A stretch of DNA of 61,332 bases, the filler included. It is 6 parts of 6 records of this genome, joined end to end, with 100 filler letters (N's around TTAATTAATTAA, not from the genome) between each part and the next. Parts side by side here need not be neighbours in the genome. Positions count along the whole stretch, not along the records: positions 1 to 5,797 come from SRR31156797_2680; positions 5,898 to 14,346 come from SRR31156797_2682; 4 more parts are not named here. One strand, 5' to 3'. How positions within the stretch are numbered: the stretch's first letter is position 1; every line of letters begins with the position of its first letter. The position numbers and the translations under genes are program-made. Below are positions 1 through 9,609 of the stretch, piece by piece. The notes under the pieces are model-generated. The model ran no database searches, had not been told where the DNA came from, and was given only the letters and a program-made list of their open reading frames with translations.

Positions 1-389
1 AAAAATACTTCCATAATCAGGTAGATGAGACCCGTGACAATGACCGAAAAAAGGGCGATATTTATTAATTTCCTTTCACCGAACAAGAGCAACAATGAGA
101 ATATTAAAAACAATATAGCGGGGTAGTAGCCAACAGTCCTGATAACTATGATGGACCCCAATATCAGGACAAAATAGATCAGAAACAAAGGATCCAGCAG
201 ACTGGCCTCAGCCTCTTTCTTAACGTTCTTTGATGTCATTGCGACCAGGATTCCCAGCACAACCAGGCAGACAGACAAAATACGGGGCAAGACGGCGCTC
301 GCATAGGAATCGACCTGATAAGGGGTGATGAAAAAAACGCCCAGGCCCAACACAGCAACGGCGAAACCTGAAATCCGATTTTGCGTCAT
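1..389 (-). CDS. Tripartite tricarboxylate transporter TctB-family small membrane protein (3' end runs off the window)
   Basis: Not in the ORF track. Manual translation from ATG at 389 (GGAG upstream) gives MTQNRISGFAVAVLGLGVFFITPYQVDSYASAVLPRILSVCLVVLGILV...IRTVGYYPAILFLIFSLLLLFGERKLINIALFSVIVTGLIYLIMEVF, with four hydrophobic segments and the PR, GY and GER patterns typical of TctB. Confidence 0.7.
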   Translation of the reverse strand, partial: MTQNRISGFAVAVLGLGVFFITPYQVDSYASAVLPRILSVCLVVLGILVAMTSKNVKKEAEASLLDPLFLIYFVLILGSIIVIRTVGYYPAILFLIFSLLLLFGERKLINIALFSVIVTGLIYLIMEVF

Positions 390-490
390 GATCTATTGCT
401 CCAATTATTTGATATTTGGAGGAAACACCCCGACTTCGATCCAAGGGGCCTTATTTTGACTTAAAATTGCACCGTCTTTTCATCCAGGTC

Positions 491-2092
491 TTATCTGACC
501 AGATACGGTATTCTCACTTCCAGTGCTTCATGCGGACACTCCAGTTCGCAGGGTAGACAGTACCAGCAAGTTTCATTTTTTTCGAAGGCTCTGCCACAAT
601 TCAAACAGCGATTTGCTTCTCGGGTTGCTTGTTCCCTATCAAGTACAATCTCGATTTCTTCTGTATTGGATCGGTATTTGGCATCAACCTTTTTCAGTGA
701 ACATCGCTTGAAGCCTTGGGCTGCATTTGGCCCTGCTTCATACTCCTTTATCCAACCTTTCCTTGCCCATTGATCGCGCTCCCAGGTGAGCGATTCTCCC
801 TCAAGATAGCGACTTAGCGACTCGGCCGCTCTGTTCCCTGAAGCCAAGGCATGAGCGACTGTATTTGTATCATTGACAGTATCGCCGCATATAAAAACGT
901 CTTGATGATTGTTAACCTGTAAAGTCACAGGATCTGCTTTAAAGGTTCCGGTTTGTGAATCAATCATAGTTGATGGGAAAGCAGAAGTTTTAAGGGATTG
1001 CCCCACCGCAAGAATCACTTGATCGACAACAATTTGATGGCATTCACTGTTGTCAATCGTGTGAACCAATGTCGTATCTGAGGCAAAGCGCAAGGCGGAG
1101 CGACATAATTCCAATTCCTTACGACCATCATCCAATTTCTTGATCGAAGCAGGCACTAGATTTTCCCTGAAGATTACCCCCTCTTCCACAGCTTCCCGGA
1201 TACTTTTTTGAAAGGCTCTGAGGTATTGAAGTGTTTTACGGTAGATAACTTCAACCTGTTCGACACCCAGCCGCTTGTAAACTAGCGCCGTATCCACTGC
1301 CGTATTTCCGCCGCCGATGATGGCGACTCGTTTACCAGTCGGAATGTTCTGACCCGCGTTTAATTGTTTCAATACATTCAATCCACTCAAACTATGTTCC
1401 ACGCCTGGAAAACTTAGCGAGGCCGGGCCTCCACCTCCGACAGCCAGAATGCAGGCATCGAATTGATCCGTTAATTGATGGTAAGCCAGGTCAGCTCCAA
1501 TTCGAGTCGATGTTTGAAATTTGATACCGCTTTTTTCCAAAACTTGGATCAAAGCATCGATTTCCCTAGCTGGCAACCTCGACTCCGGAGTACCATACCG
1601 GAGCAAACCGCCCGGTTTTTCATCAGCCTCGAAGACTGTGACATGATGCCCATGTTTTCGGATTTGCCAGGCAGCCATCAAGCCAGCCGGCCCCGAACCA
1701 ATTACAACAACCTTTTTCCCTGATTCTGGAGCAATGGTTTCCGTCAAATCAGCTTCGGTAATAAAACCATCTGACAAATAGCGTTTTAAAGCGCGGATTT
1801 GCACAGCGCCATCGATTTTCCCTCGTTCACAAACGCTTTCACAAGGGGCATCACAAACTCGCCCCAGAATTGACGCAAAAGGCAAATACTCTTTAATTTC
1901 GTTTTTCGCTTCTTCATATTTGCCTTCAGCAATCAGCCGAATATACCCCTGGCAGTTCATATTCAGCGGGCAAGCTTGCCTGCAGGGGGCGATGGAAAGG
2001 CGCAGGTTGTCCATTATGCAGCGATCCACACAGATCCCACAGGCTACGCATGTATGTCGGTTCACGCGGACGCTGTTGTCATCAATTCTCAC
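491..2092 (-). CDS. Fe-S/FAD NAD(P)H-dependent oxidoreductase: GltD/SudA-like core flanked by ferredoxin halves
   Basis: N-terminal CVACGICVDRC; GltD Fe-S motifs PCRQACP and LGRVCDAPCESVC; FAD motif VIGSGPAG; NAD(P) motif IIGGGNTAVD; EANRCLNC; C-terminal CWYCLPCELECP...IPYLVR. Confidence 0.85.
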   Translation of the reverse strand: MRIDDNSVRVNRHTCVACGICVDRCIMDNLRLSIAPCRQACPLNMNCQGYIRLIAEGKYEEAKNEIKEYLPFASILGRVCDAPCESVCERGKIDGAVQIRALKRYLSDGFITEADLTETIAPESGKKVVVIGSGPAGLMAAWQIRKHGHHVTVFEADEKPGGLLRYGTPESRLPAREIDALIQVLEKSGIKFQTSTRIGADLAYHQLTDQFDACILAVGGGGPASLSFPGVEHSLSGLNVLKQLNAGQNIPTGKRVAIIGGGNTAVDTALVYKRLGVEQVEVIYRKTLQYLRAFQKSIREAVEEGVIFRENLVPASIKKLDDGRKELELCRSALRFASDTTLVHTIDNSECHQIVVDQVILAVGQSLKTSAFPSTMIDSQTGTFKADPVTLQVNNHQDVFICGDTVNDTNTVAHALASGNRAAESLSRYLEGESLTWERDQWARKGWIKEYEAGPNAAQGFKRCSLKKVDAKYRSNTEEIEIVLDREQATREANRCLNCGRAFEKNETCWYCLPCELECPHEALEVRIPYLVR

Positions 2093-3758
2093 GGTTCATC
2101 ACCTTGTTGTCCAAATTAAGTATAGGTGCTGTTGAACTTGTCAACCCTTCGCACTCGTTGCCGGAATGGATGAGAACATGCTTCAGCCAATTCTCCTCGT
2201 CCCGTTGCGGATAGTCTACCCGTAAATGTGCTCCTCCCCATCGACTTTCTTTTCGGGTCATAGAAGCTAAAACGGAACAGTCTGCGCAACGGATAATATG
2301 CTCGGCCTCGTATATCCTCGCCAGGTCATGTCCATTTTCCACTTTCACATCCTCTTCAAGTTCCTTTTTGAATACCGGTGACCACTCCAACCAGCGCTTC
2401 AACTTATATTCGTTTTTTGGTGAGGGGGCATAATCACCAATCAATCTTCTGACCTTATACTCGAACTCCTTAACATCAATGTTTCTATCTATATTTTCAG
2501 CCCTTGCATTTCGCTTGGCCTCGATTTCCGCAATACGACGTTCATCGACCCGGGCCTCCTTTGCGCCGTTCACATATTCTACTGCATTCTCCGCAGCCAC
2601 TTCTCCGAATACAAAGGCTCCGCTCAGATGCTGGTGGGGAACACAGGCTACATCACCAGCGGCATAGAGACCCGGAACACCCGTCTCCGCTTTTTCGTTG
2701 ACACGAATACCAGACATTCCGTGACCACCACACAGCTGGACCTCGGTGGGCCATAGCTCAATGTCATGAGTTCGAAAATCGACATTTCGATTCTTGAAAA
2801 ATCGCTCTTGAACGGGACGCTCGCAAGTAAACAAAATGTTTTCAATCTCTTTAATGGTCTTTTCCGGCAAATGCTGAAGGCTGATGCGCAGCGGCGTTCG
2901 TCCTCCCAATACGGCGTCACCCATCTCTTTTGGTTTATCGATCGCACCTTCCATGAGCACGTTATCAAAACTATCCAGCACGCGACCGCCCCTGGTGACG
3001 GTAATAGCCAGCAAGGGCATGCTGGCATCCTTGATCAGGGGAACAACGACACAGTGCTCCATTCCTGTAAGCTTGGCGCCGGCATCCAATCCCATGATAA
3101 ATCCATCTCCGGAATTGCCCGGATAGTCAAAGCTGCCGTATAAATAGCCACTGTTCGGCAGATTAAACCGAGCTTGACCGCCGGCACAGAGGATAACCGA
3201 CTTAGCCGTTGTTACAATAATCTCCCCGGTGCGGGTGTTCAATCCTACGGCGCCGGCGATCCGGTCTCCATCTTTAAGCAGATGGATTGTCATTACGCGA
3301 TTGATTACCTTTGCCCCTGTCTCGCCAACTTTTTTCACCAAAATCAGTTTCAGATCCGGTTCATCCATGGCAGTCTGGAATCGCCCTTTCACATGATACT
3401 GCAGAGTGCGATAGTTCCCGTCTTCTCCCCTGAGAAATCGAACTCCCCATCGTTCGAGCTTTTTCAGCAGCCCATAGGAACGTTCGGCCATCACATAGCT
3501 GGGCCTGGCATCCAGAATTCCCTGGCTGCCCTCGGTCACCGCTTCAAGATACTCCACGGGTGTGCCAAGATCGGGAATACAAACAATGTTAAGGGCATCC
3601 ATGCCACGGGCAATGGAACCACTGTATTTAAAATCTCCTTTCTCCCAAATCGTGATATCGGCCTTGGGTGAAAGCTCGTGAGCCCTGATTGCCGCCATAC
3701 AACCGGCACTCCCCCCACCGACAATCAGGATATCTGTTCTCATTCGTCTGATGCTCAT
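2082..3758 (-). CDS. FAD flavoprotein of the SdhA/FrdA/AprA superfamily (AprA/AsfA-like subgroup)
   Basis: IVGGGSAG FAD motif, SGSIARGMDALN (no covalent-FAD His of SdhA), LCGGHGMSGIRVNE, GLYAAGD, RKESRWG..HLRVDYP. Confidence 0.85.
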   Translation of the reverse strand: MSIRRMRTDILIVGGGSAGCMAAIRAHELSPKADITIWEKGDFKYSGSIARGMDALNIVCIPDLGTPVEYLEAVTEGSQGILDARPSYVMAERSYGLLKKLERWGVRFLRGEDGNYRTLQYHVKGRFQTAMDEPDLKLILVKKVGETGAKVINRVMTIHLLKDGDRIAGAVGLNTRTGEIIVTTAKSVILCAGGQARFNLPNSGYLYGSFDYPGNSGDGFIMGLDAGAKLTGMEHCVVVPLIKDASMPLLAITVTRGGRVLDSFDNVLMEGAIDKPKEMGDAVLGGRTPLRISLQHLPEKTIKEIENILFTCERPVQERFFKNRNVDFRTHDIELWPTEVQLCGGHGMSGIRVNEKAETGVPGLYAAGDVACVPHQHLSGAFVFGEVAAENAVEYVNGAKEARVDERRIAEIEAKRNARAENIDRNIDVKEFEYKVRRLIGDYAPSPKNEYKLKRWLEWSPVFKKELEEDVKVENGHDLARIYEAEHIIRCADCSVLASMTRKESRWGGAHLRVDYPQRDEENWLKHVLIHSGNECEGLTSSTAPILNLDNKVMNREN

Positions 3759-3801
3759 ATGTAAACCCTTTTAATAGTGTGATTTATGACCTATCCGGTT
3801 C

Positions 3802-4992
3802 CTAAAGGTCTTTAAACTGTTCCGCTATCCTGTGGAATGCCTCTTTGATCATTGAACGTGGTGAAGACAAACAGATTCGCTCAAACCCGGCCCCCTGATC
3901 GGGGTCAAACAGAAGACCACTTTCCAGAACTACGTTCGCATCTACGTAAATCCTCTTTCTGATTTCTTCGGCTGATATGCCATAGCCCCGAAAATCCATC
4001 CAGAAAATATAAGTTCCTTCAGGGTGGGCAAACTTCACCTGGGGCATCTCCTGCTTCAGAAAATCCATCACCCAATCAATTGTACCGTCAAGGTATGTTT
4101 TCAATCCTTCAAGCCAATCTTCACATTCGTTGTATGCGGCAATAACAGCATTAGCCGTAAAGGGGGAGGGCATTATCATCCCCAGCTCTTTTTGAAAAAT
4201 TTTGCGCAGTTCAGGGTTTGAAACAACAATATTGGTAGCATGGAGACCCGCTGTATTGAAAGTCTTGTTGATGGCTGTACAGGTTAGTATGTGATCAATA
4301 TCATCAGCGACCTTCATCATGGGTGTAAAGATCTGATCCTGACGAATCAGGTCGCCATGGATCTCGTCTGCCAAGATTACCACATTATTTTCTTTACAAA
4401 TTCGCGAAAGCGCTTTCAATTCAGTATTGCTGAATATCCGACCGGAAGGATTGTGCGGATTACAGAGAATAAACAACCTGTTTTTAGGATTTTGTGCTAC
4501 TTTTTCAAAATCTTCAAGATCCGGTTCATAATAGCCTTCATCATTGACCTTCATCTGATTATTGGCTACCACCCGACCGTTTTCTTCAATGGAGATGGTG
4601 ATGGGATAGTAGAGAGGCCGCTGGATGATAACTCCGTCCCCCGGATCGGTGAAAGCCCGTATAGCCACGCCAAACGAATGTATCGTTCCCGGACAGAAGA
4701 GAATCTCCTCGGCTTTGATATCCCAATCATGCCGCCGCTTGAACCAGTTTATAACTGATTCATAGTAGGCAGGAAGAGGCATGGAGTAACCATAGATCCG
4801 CTGATCTGCGGTCCTGTGCATTGCTTCCACAATAGCCGGGGGGACAGCAATGTCCATATCGGCGACAAACAGGGGAAGGGTATCATCGTCAAACCGTTCG
4901 GCATATCCCATAAATTTCAGTATATCGCCGTGATCCCACTTAATGGAACCCGTCCCTTTGCGGTTTATAATTTCATCAAAATCATACTTCAT
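3802..4992 (-). CDS. patB: PatB/MalY family PLP-dependent C-S lyase (cystathionine beta-lyase-like)
   Basis: MKYDFDEIINRKGTGSIKWD, LFVADMD, LCNPHNPSGR, DEIHGD, NKTFNTAGL, EGTYIFWMDF. The start was moved to the ATG at 4992, which matches the family N-terminus. Confidence 0.9.
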   Translation of the reverse strand: MKYDFDEIINRKGTGSIKWDHGDILKFMGYAERFDDDTLPLFVADMDIAVPPAIVEAMHRTADQRIYGYSMPLPAYYESVINWFKRRHDWDIKAEEILFCPGTIHSFGVAIRAFTDPGDGVIIQRPLYYPITISIEENGRVVANNQMKVNDEGYYEPDLEDFEKVAQNPKNRLFILCNPHNPSGRIFSNTELKALSRICKENNVVILADEIHGDLIRQDQIFTPMMKVADDIDHILTCTAINKTFNTAGLHATNIVVSNPELRKIFQKELGMIMPSPFTANAVIAAYNECEDWLEGLKTYLDGTIDWVMDFLKQEMPQVKFAHPEGTYIFWMDFRGYGISAEEIRKRIYVDANVVLESGLLFDPDQGAGFERICLSSPRSMIKEAFHRIAEQFKDL

Positions 4993-5326
4993 CCAGATAT
5001 CCTTATTCGTACAATACCACTTATTGACCACTTAAAGATTCTTGACAAAGTTTTTACTACCAAAGCTCATTGCAGTTGTTTTGTTAGGGAGACGATATCA
5101 TTTTTTTGAATTCGCCAGATGCGCCTGTTATGGACAGCCGGCCTGAAATAGAATATGTCCCCTCTTGCTGTAAAAAGTTGTGAACCGGGATCTATGTCAT
5201 CAGGCTTTTTTCTTTAGCATTTTTATATTCATTCAAATGCTAACCGGGCAACTACACTGATACTGGTAGTGTCAGCTTCAACACGCTGTCTTTGGAAAAC
5301 TGTTAGATATGAATTTTCTTGTTGGC

Positions 5327-5360
5327 TTATTGGTATAACCCAATAAATAGGAGTTGTCAA
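5327..5360 (-). promoter_or_regulatory. Sigma70-type promoter with an overlapping palindromic operator
   Basis: On the minus strand TTGACA (5355-5360), 17 bp spacer, TATACC (5332-5337). The palindrome TTATTGG-tataac-CCAATAA (5327-5346) covers the -10. Confidence 0.5.
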
Positions 5361-5377
5361 GCACTATTTTCAAAATG

Positions 5378-5797
5378 TGTCAATGACAAATAGAAATGAC
5401 CGATTTAGGTAGCACATCATTTGACCGATTGCTCCTACCTTACCCGAAGCCTTTGCGCTTGCAAGCGACATCCCAAAAAATGTCGCGTAGCAAGCGCTTT
5501 AATACCCGCCGGTTCCATTCAGGCTGCTCTCCCTTTGATTCTTTTAGTTGTTAATTCACCGTTAGAATCGTATTTGGCCAACTTTCTCGGGCCATGAAAC
5601 ACACCCAGGGAGCCGTCCGGATATTCATGAACCCGGACCTTGACCTTTACATAGTGATAGCGGTGTTTGTCTTCCGGGATTTGCAGATGAAGGTTTTTAT
5701 ACCTGACAGTATTGTCATTGCCGACTGTACGCTCCTCCTGAACGCTCAGGATGTCTTGCAGCCCCTTACCGACAAAGGGGATGAAGGCGCTGCCTTG
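5378..5797 (-). mobile_element. Right end of an ISNCY (IS1202-like) insertion sequence; transposase C-terminus at 5519-5797, cut by the contig edge
   Basis: Minus frame reads ...SAFIPFVGKGLQDILSVQEERTVGNDNTVRYKNLHLQIPEDKHRYHYVKVKVRVHEYPDGSLGVFHGPRKLAKYDSNG...*. The end begins TGTCAA at 5378 and has internal repeats AAATGACCG/TTTGACCG; hairpin at 5455-5497. Confidence 0.75.
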
Positions 5798-5897
5798 NNN
5801 NNNNNNNNNNNNNNNNNNNNNNNNNNNNNNNNNNNNNNNNNTTAATTAATTAANNNNNNNNNNNNNNNNNNNNNNNNNNNNNNNNNNNNNNNNNNNN
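5798..5897. other. Artificial contig spacer
   Basis: N-run, TTAATTAATTAA (stops in all frames), N-run. Confidence 0.97.
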
Positions 5898-6086
5898 CGT
5901 TTTGTCGTCTTAATAAAATAAACCGATTATCCTGTAAGCCCTGATCTCCGGATCTTTCCACTTGCAATTCGCTAGCTGATTATATATGCATCAATAGACG
6001 ATTCGGAAAAACAGATTCAACCGGGCCGGATCTGATTCATTCGGCAAATGTGGTCCGGGTTCAGTCATTCGACGGAGATTGGCGTT

Positions 6087-7112
6087 ATGGCAATATGGCT
6101 TGTCAGGGCCGGCAGAAGCGGTGAATATGAGAATAAATTCCTTTCGGACGATAAAATCTATCTGACCAAAGAAAACATTTCACAAGATCTGTCACAATTA
6201 AAAAACAGGCAAGATTTATTTAACCTGCTGGATGAAGCCAAACCGGATAATAAAAAAGCGACTATCCGGAACTGGGTGAGCCAGGTATGGCCCTTTGTTC
6301 GGGATATGGCTAAAGGCGACTGGATAGCTGTGCCCAGCAAGAAAAAGGCCGTCATCCACTTCGGCAAACTCACCGGGGATTATATCAATGATCCCGGTGC
6401 CGTCGACCCGTATTTCCATTACAGGACCGTAGACTGGTTTGCCCCGGATATCCCGCGGTCTGCCTTTGACCAGGACCTGCTTTATTCCATGGGGGCATTT
6501 TTGACCATCTGCCGGATCAGCCGCAACGATGCCGAAAACCGCATCAAAGAGATGGCCGCAAACAATTGGAAATCAAAACCGCCCCGGATCCCGGACAATG
6601 GTAACGGCCCCGACCAAACCCCGGCCATGTATAATTTTGAAGAATTGGCCAGGGATCAGATCGCCGCATTCATAGAACGAAAATTCAAAGGCCACGGCAT
6701 GGCCCGCCTGGTGGATGCCATACTCCGGACCCAGGGCTACACCACTTTCATGAGCCCGGAAGGCCCGGACAAAGGCATTGATATCCTGGCAGCACCCGAT
6801 GCCCTGGGATTCGGGTCCCCGCGGATCTGCGTCCAGGTCAAAAGCACGGCCGCCCCCCTGGACCGGCCGACCCTGGACCAGCTCATCGGCACCATGCAGA
6901 ATGTCAGGGCGGACAAAGGCCTGCTGGTCTCCTGGGGCGGGTTTAAATCCTCCGTTGACCGTGAAGTCCCGGCCCAGTTTTTCAGGGTCCGGCTCTGGGA
7001 CCGCAACGAAATCATTGAGCAGCTCCTCCGCCATTATGACAAACTGGATGAGGACATCCGCGCTGAGATCCCGCTCAAGCGGATGTGGTCCCTTGCCATT
7101 GAGGAGGAATGA
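6087..7112 (+). CDS. Mrr-family (type IV-like) restriction endonuclease
   Basis: MAIWLVRAG N-terminal domain; C-terminal Mrr_cat motif GPDKGIDILA...ICVQVKS...GLLVSWGGF. Start placed at ATG 6087, downstream of GGAG. Confidence 0.85.
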   Translation: MAIWLVRAGRSGEYENKFLSDDKIYLTKENISQDLSQLKNRQDLFNLLDEAKPDNKKATIRNWVSQVWPFVRDMAKGDWIAVPSKKKAVIHFGKLTGDYINDPGAVDPYFHYRTVDWFAPDIPRSAFDQDLLYSMGAFLTICRISRNDAENRIKEMAANNWKSKPPRIPDNGNGPDQTPAMYNFEELARDQIAAFIERKFKGHGMARLVDAILRTQGYTTFMSPEGPDKGIDILAAPDALGFGSPRICVQVKSTAAPLDRPTLDQLIGTMQNVRADKGLLVSWGGFKSSVDREVPAQFFRVRLWDRNEIIEQLLRHYDKLDEDIRAEIPLKRMWSLAIEEE

Positions 7113-7284
7113 AAGAAGATTGATAAGCGGATAGGGCAAATACCTTTTTCATATTGCCGGAACCTCCGGCGGCCTTAAAATCCTGAGCCAAAGACGGGAT
7201 ACCCCTTTACAGGGAATATTGATACTGCTACCTATGGTTTCGAATTGATGAAACTGAAATTATTTAATAGTGGAAAAAAGATAA

Positions 7285-9609
7285 ATGTCCCAAACAACAA
7301 ACAACATGGCCGCGTATATCTGGTCTTTGGCCGACCTGTTACGGGGTGATTTTAAACAGAGCCAGTATGGCCGTATAATCCTTCCCTTTACCCTTTTACG
7401 CCGTTTGGAAGGGGTATTGGAGCAAAGCAAAGCCGCTGTTCTGTCCAAACATAAAGAAATCCAAAATATGAATTTGCCCGAAGAGGCAGAGGAAAAAATG
7501 CTGCTGAGGGCAACCAACGGCCTGGCCTTTTTTAATATCTCTCAAATGGATCTGTCCAGGCTGGGGGAATCGGACATAAAGGACAATCTGGAATCCTATA
7601 TCCAGGGGTTTTCCAAGGATGCCAGGGAGATCTTTGAATATTTTAATTTCAGTGAATTTATCGGCCAGCTCAACGATGCCAACCTCTTATACATGGTGGT
7701 GCAAAAGGTCCGGAAAACAGACCTGAGCCCCAAGGCGGTTTCAAACCATGAAATGGGCCTGGTGTTTGAAGAGTTGATCCGAAGATTTGCCGAATCCTCC
7801 AATGAAACCGCAGGGGAGCACTTTACCCCGAGGGATATCGTACGGCTGACCACCTCCCTTGTTTTTATGGAAGATGACGATGCCCTGACAAAACCCGGTA
7901 TTATCCGGACCATTTATGATCCCACCGCCGGGACCGGCGGATTCCTTTCCTCCGGGATGGAATATGTCCATGAATTAAATCCCCAGGCCGTCATGCGGGC
8001 ATTCGGCCAGGAGTTAAACCCGGAAAGCTATGCCATCTGCAAAGGGGATATGCTGATCAAGGGCCAGGATATCACCAACATCAAATTGGGCAACACCCTG
8101 TCCCAGGATCAGCTTTACAGGGATAAATTCGATTATATGCTGTCAAATCCGCCCTTTGGTGTGGACTGGAAAAAAATTGAGGCTGTTGTCAAGGATGAGA
8201 ACACGTTGCAGGGCTATGACGGCCGGTTCGGGCCGGGCCTGCCCCGGGTGTCCGACGGCTCCCTCTTGTTTTTGCTGCATTTGATCAGCAAATTACGGGA
8301 CGCCTCGGAAGGGGGGGCAAGGATCGGCATTATTCTGAACGGATCTCCTCTGTTCACCGGTGGTGCAGGATCCGGGGAATCCGAGATCCGCAGGTATATT
8401 CTGGAAGCCGATCTTTTGGAAACCATTGTGGCCCTGCCCACGGACATGTTCTACAATACCGGTATTGCCACCTATGTCTGGATTTTATCCAATAAAAAAT
8501 CCAAGGAACGTTCGGGCAAGGTTCAGCTGATAAACGGGGTGAATCTTTATGGAAAGATGCGCAAGTCCCTGGGCTCCAAACGCAAGGTCATGGATGACAA
8601 AGACATTGCCGCCATCACCCGCTGCTATGGTAACTTTGAGGCCATTGATGCCCAAAAACTGGATAAACCCCCGGAAGAAAAAAGCAATCGCGGCCGGCAA
8701 TCTGAAAACCCGGTAAAGCAAACCCCTAAAACTTTCGGCAGCAAAATTTTTAATTACCATGAATTCGGCTACCGGAGGATCACCATTGAACGCCCCCTGC
8801 GTGAATCCTTCCAATTCAGCGATGAACGGATCGCAGAGCTGCGCTTTGCCCCCAGGCCCTTAAATGAACCAATGAAATGGATATTTTCAGAATATGGCCA
8901 TGCCTGGTCTGATTCGGATGATTGTGAATTTTACGGCATTTTGACCGGCCATGAAGAAAATATCCGCAAAACCATTAAAACGAAGTTTCCCAAGCTCAAA
9001 GAAAAACAGATCAAAACCCTGATGGATAAAAAGCTCTGGCTCACCCAGAAAACTATCATGCTCAAGGCAAAGGATCTCCGGCAGTCCATCGGCAAAGAGC
9101 AGTTTGATGACATGAACCTCTATCCCGGTTATATCAAGGCAACAGGGGTGCAGCTGGACGTCAAAGAGAAAAAACAGATCATTGCCGCCGTAAGCTGGAA
9201 AAACCCCGATGCACAAAAGGTCATTAAAAAGGTGAATAAAAAATCCGGCTCAAAGACAGTCCCCAACCCTGTCTACGGGGTGTTTGAAGTCGATGGAAAA
9301 CTCATTGAATACAAGCCCGACACAGAACTTAGGGATTATGAAAATGTCGCCCTTGATCCCTCCCGCCCGGTGAATGAGGTAAATGAAGCCTATTTTGCCA
9401 AAGAGGTCCTGCCCCACGTGCCCGAAGCCTGGATTGACCCGGGCAAAACAGATGCTAAGGACGGGGAAATCGGCATTGTGGGATATGAGATCCCCTTTAA
9501 CCGGCATTTTTATGTATACCAGCCCCCCCGGGATCTGGCGGAGATTGACGCGGATCTGGATAAGGTGAGCGCTGAGATTATGGCCTTGCTTGGTGAGGTG
9601 CGGTCTTGA
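7285..9609 (+). CDS. hsdM: Type I R-M methyltransferase subunit
   Basis: [40 protein letters not shown] (N6-adenine MTase), [11 protein letters not shown]. Confidence 0.95.
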   Translation: MSQTTNNMAAYIWSLADLLRGDFKQSQYGRIILPFTLLRRLEGVLEQSKAAVLSKHKEIQNMNLPEEAEEKMLLRATNGLAFFNISQMDLSRLGESDIKDNLESYIQGFSKDAREIFEYFNFSEFIGQLNDANLLYMVVQKVRKTDLSPKAVSNHEMGLVFEELIRRFAESSNETAGEHFTPRDIVRLTTSLVFMEDDDALTKPGIIRTIYDPTAGTGGFLSSGMEYVHELNPQAVMRAFGQELNPESYAICKGDMLIKGQDITNIKLGNTLSQDQLYRDKFDYMLSNPPFGVDWKKIEAVVKDENTLQGYDGRFGPGLPRVSDGSLLFLLHLISKLRDASEGGARIGIILNGSPLFTGGAGSGESEIRRYILEADLLETIVALPTDMFYNTGIATYVWILSNKKSKERSGKVQLINGVNLYGKMRKSLGSKRKVMDDKDIAAITRCYGNFEAIDAQKLDKPPEEKSNRGRQSENPVKQTPKTFGSKIFNYHEFGYRRITIERPLRESFQFSDERIAELRFAPRPLNEPMKWIFSEYGHAWSDSDDCEFYGILTGHEENIRKTIKTKFPKLKEKQIKTLMDKKLWLTQKTIMLKAKDLRQSIGKEQFDDMNLYPGYIKATGVQLDVKEKKQIIAAVSWKNPDAQKVIKKVNKKSGSKTVPNPVYGVFEVDGKLIEYKPDTELRDYENVALDPSRPVNEVNEAYFAKEVLPHVPEAWIDPGKTDAKDGEIGIVGYEIPFNRHFYVYQPPRDLAEIDADLDKVSAEIMALLGEVRS

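Noticed and set aside
220-444. 74-aa minus-strand ORF
   Set aside because: It overlaps, in another frame, the better supported TctB-like gene at 1-389.
5594-5845. 83-aa plus-strand ORF running into Ns
   Set aside because: It is the antisense shadow of the ISNCY transposase tail, and its stop comes from the artificial linker.
5842-5853. TTAATTAATTAA recurring five times as a possible biological repeat
   Set aside because: It is always centred in N-runs, so it is a synthetic contig linker.
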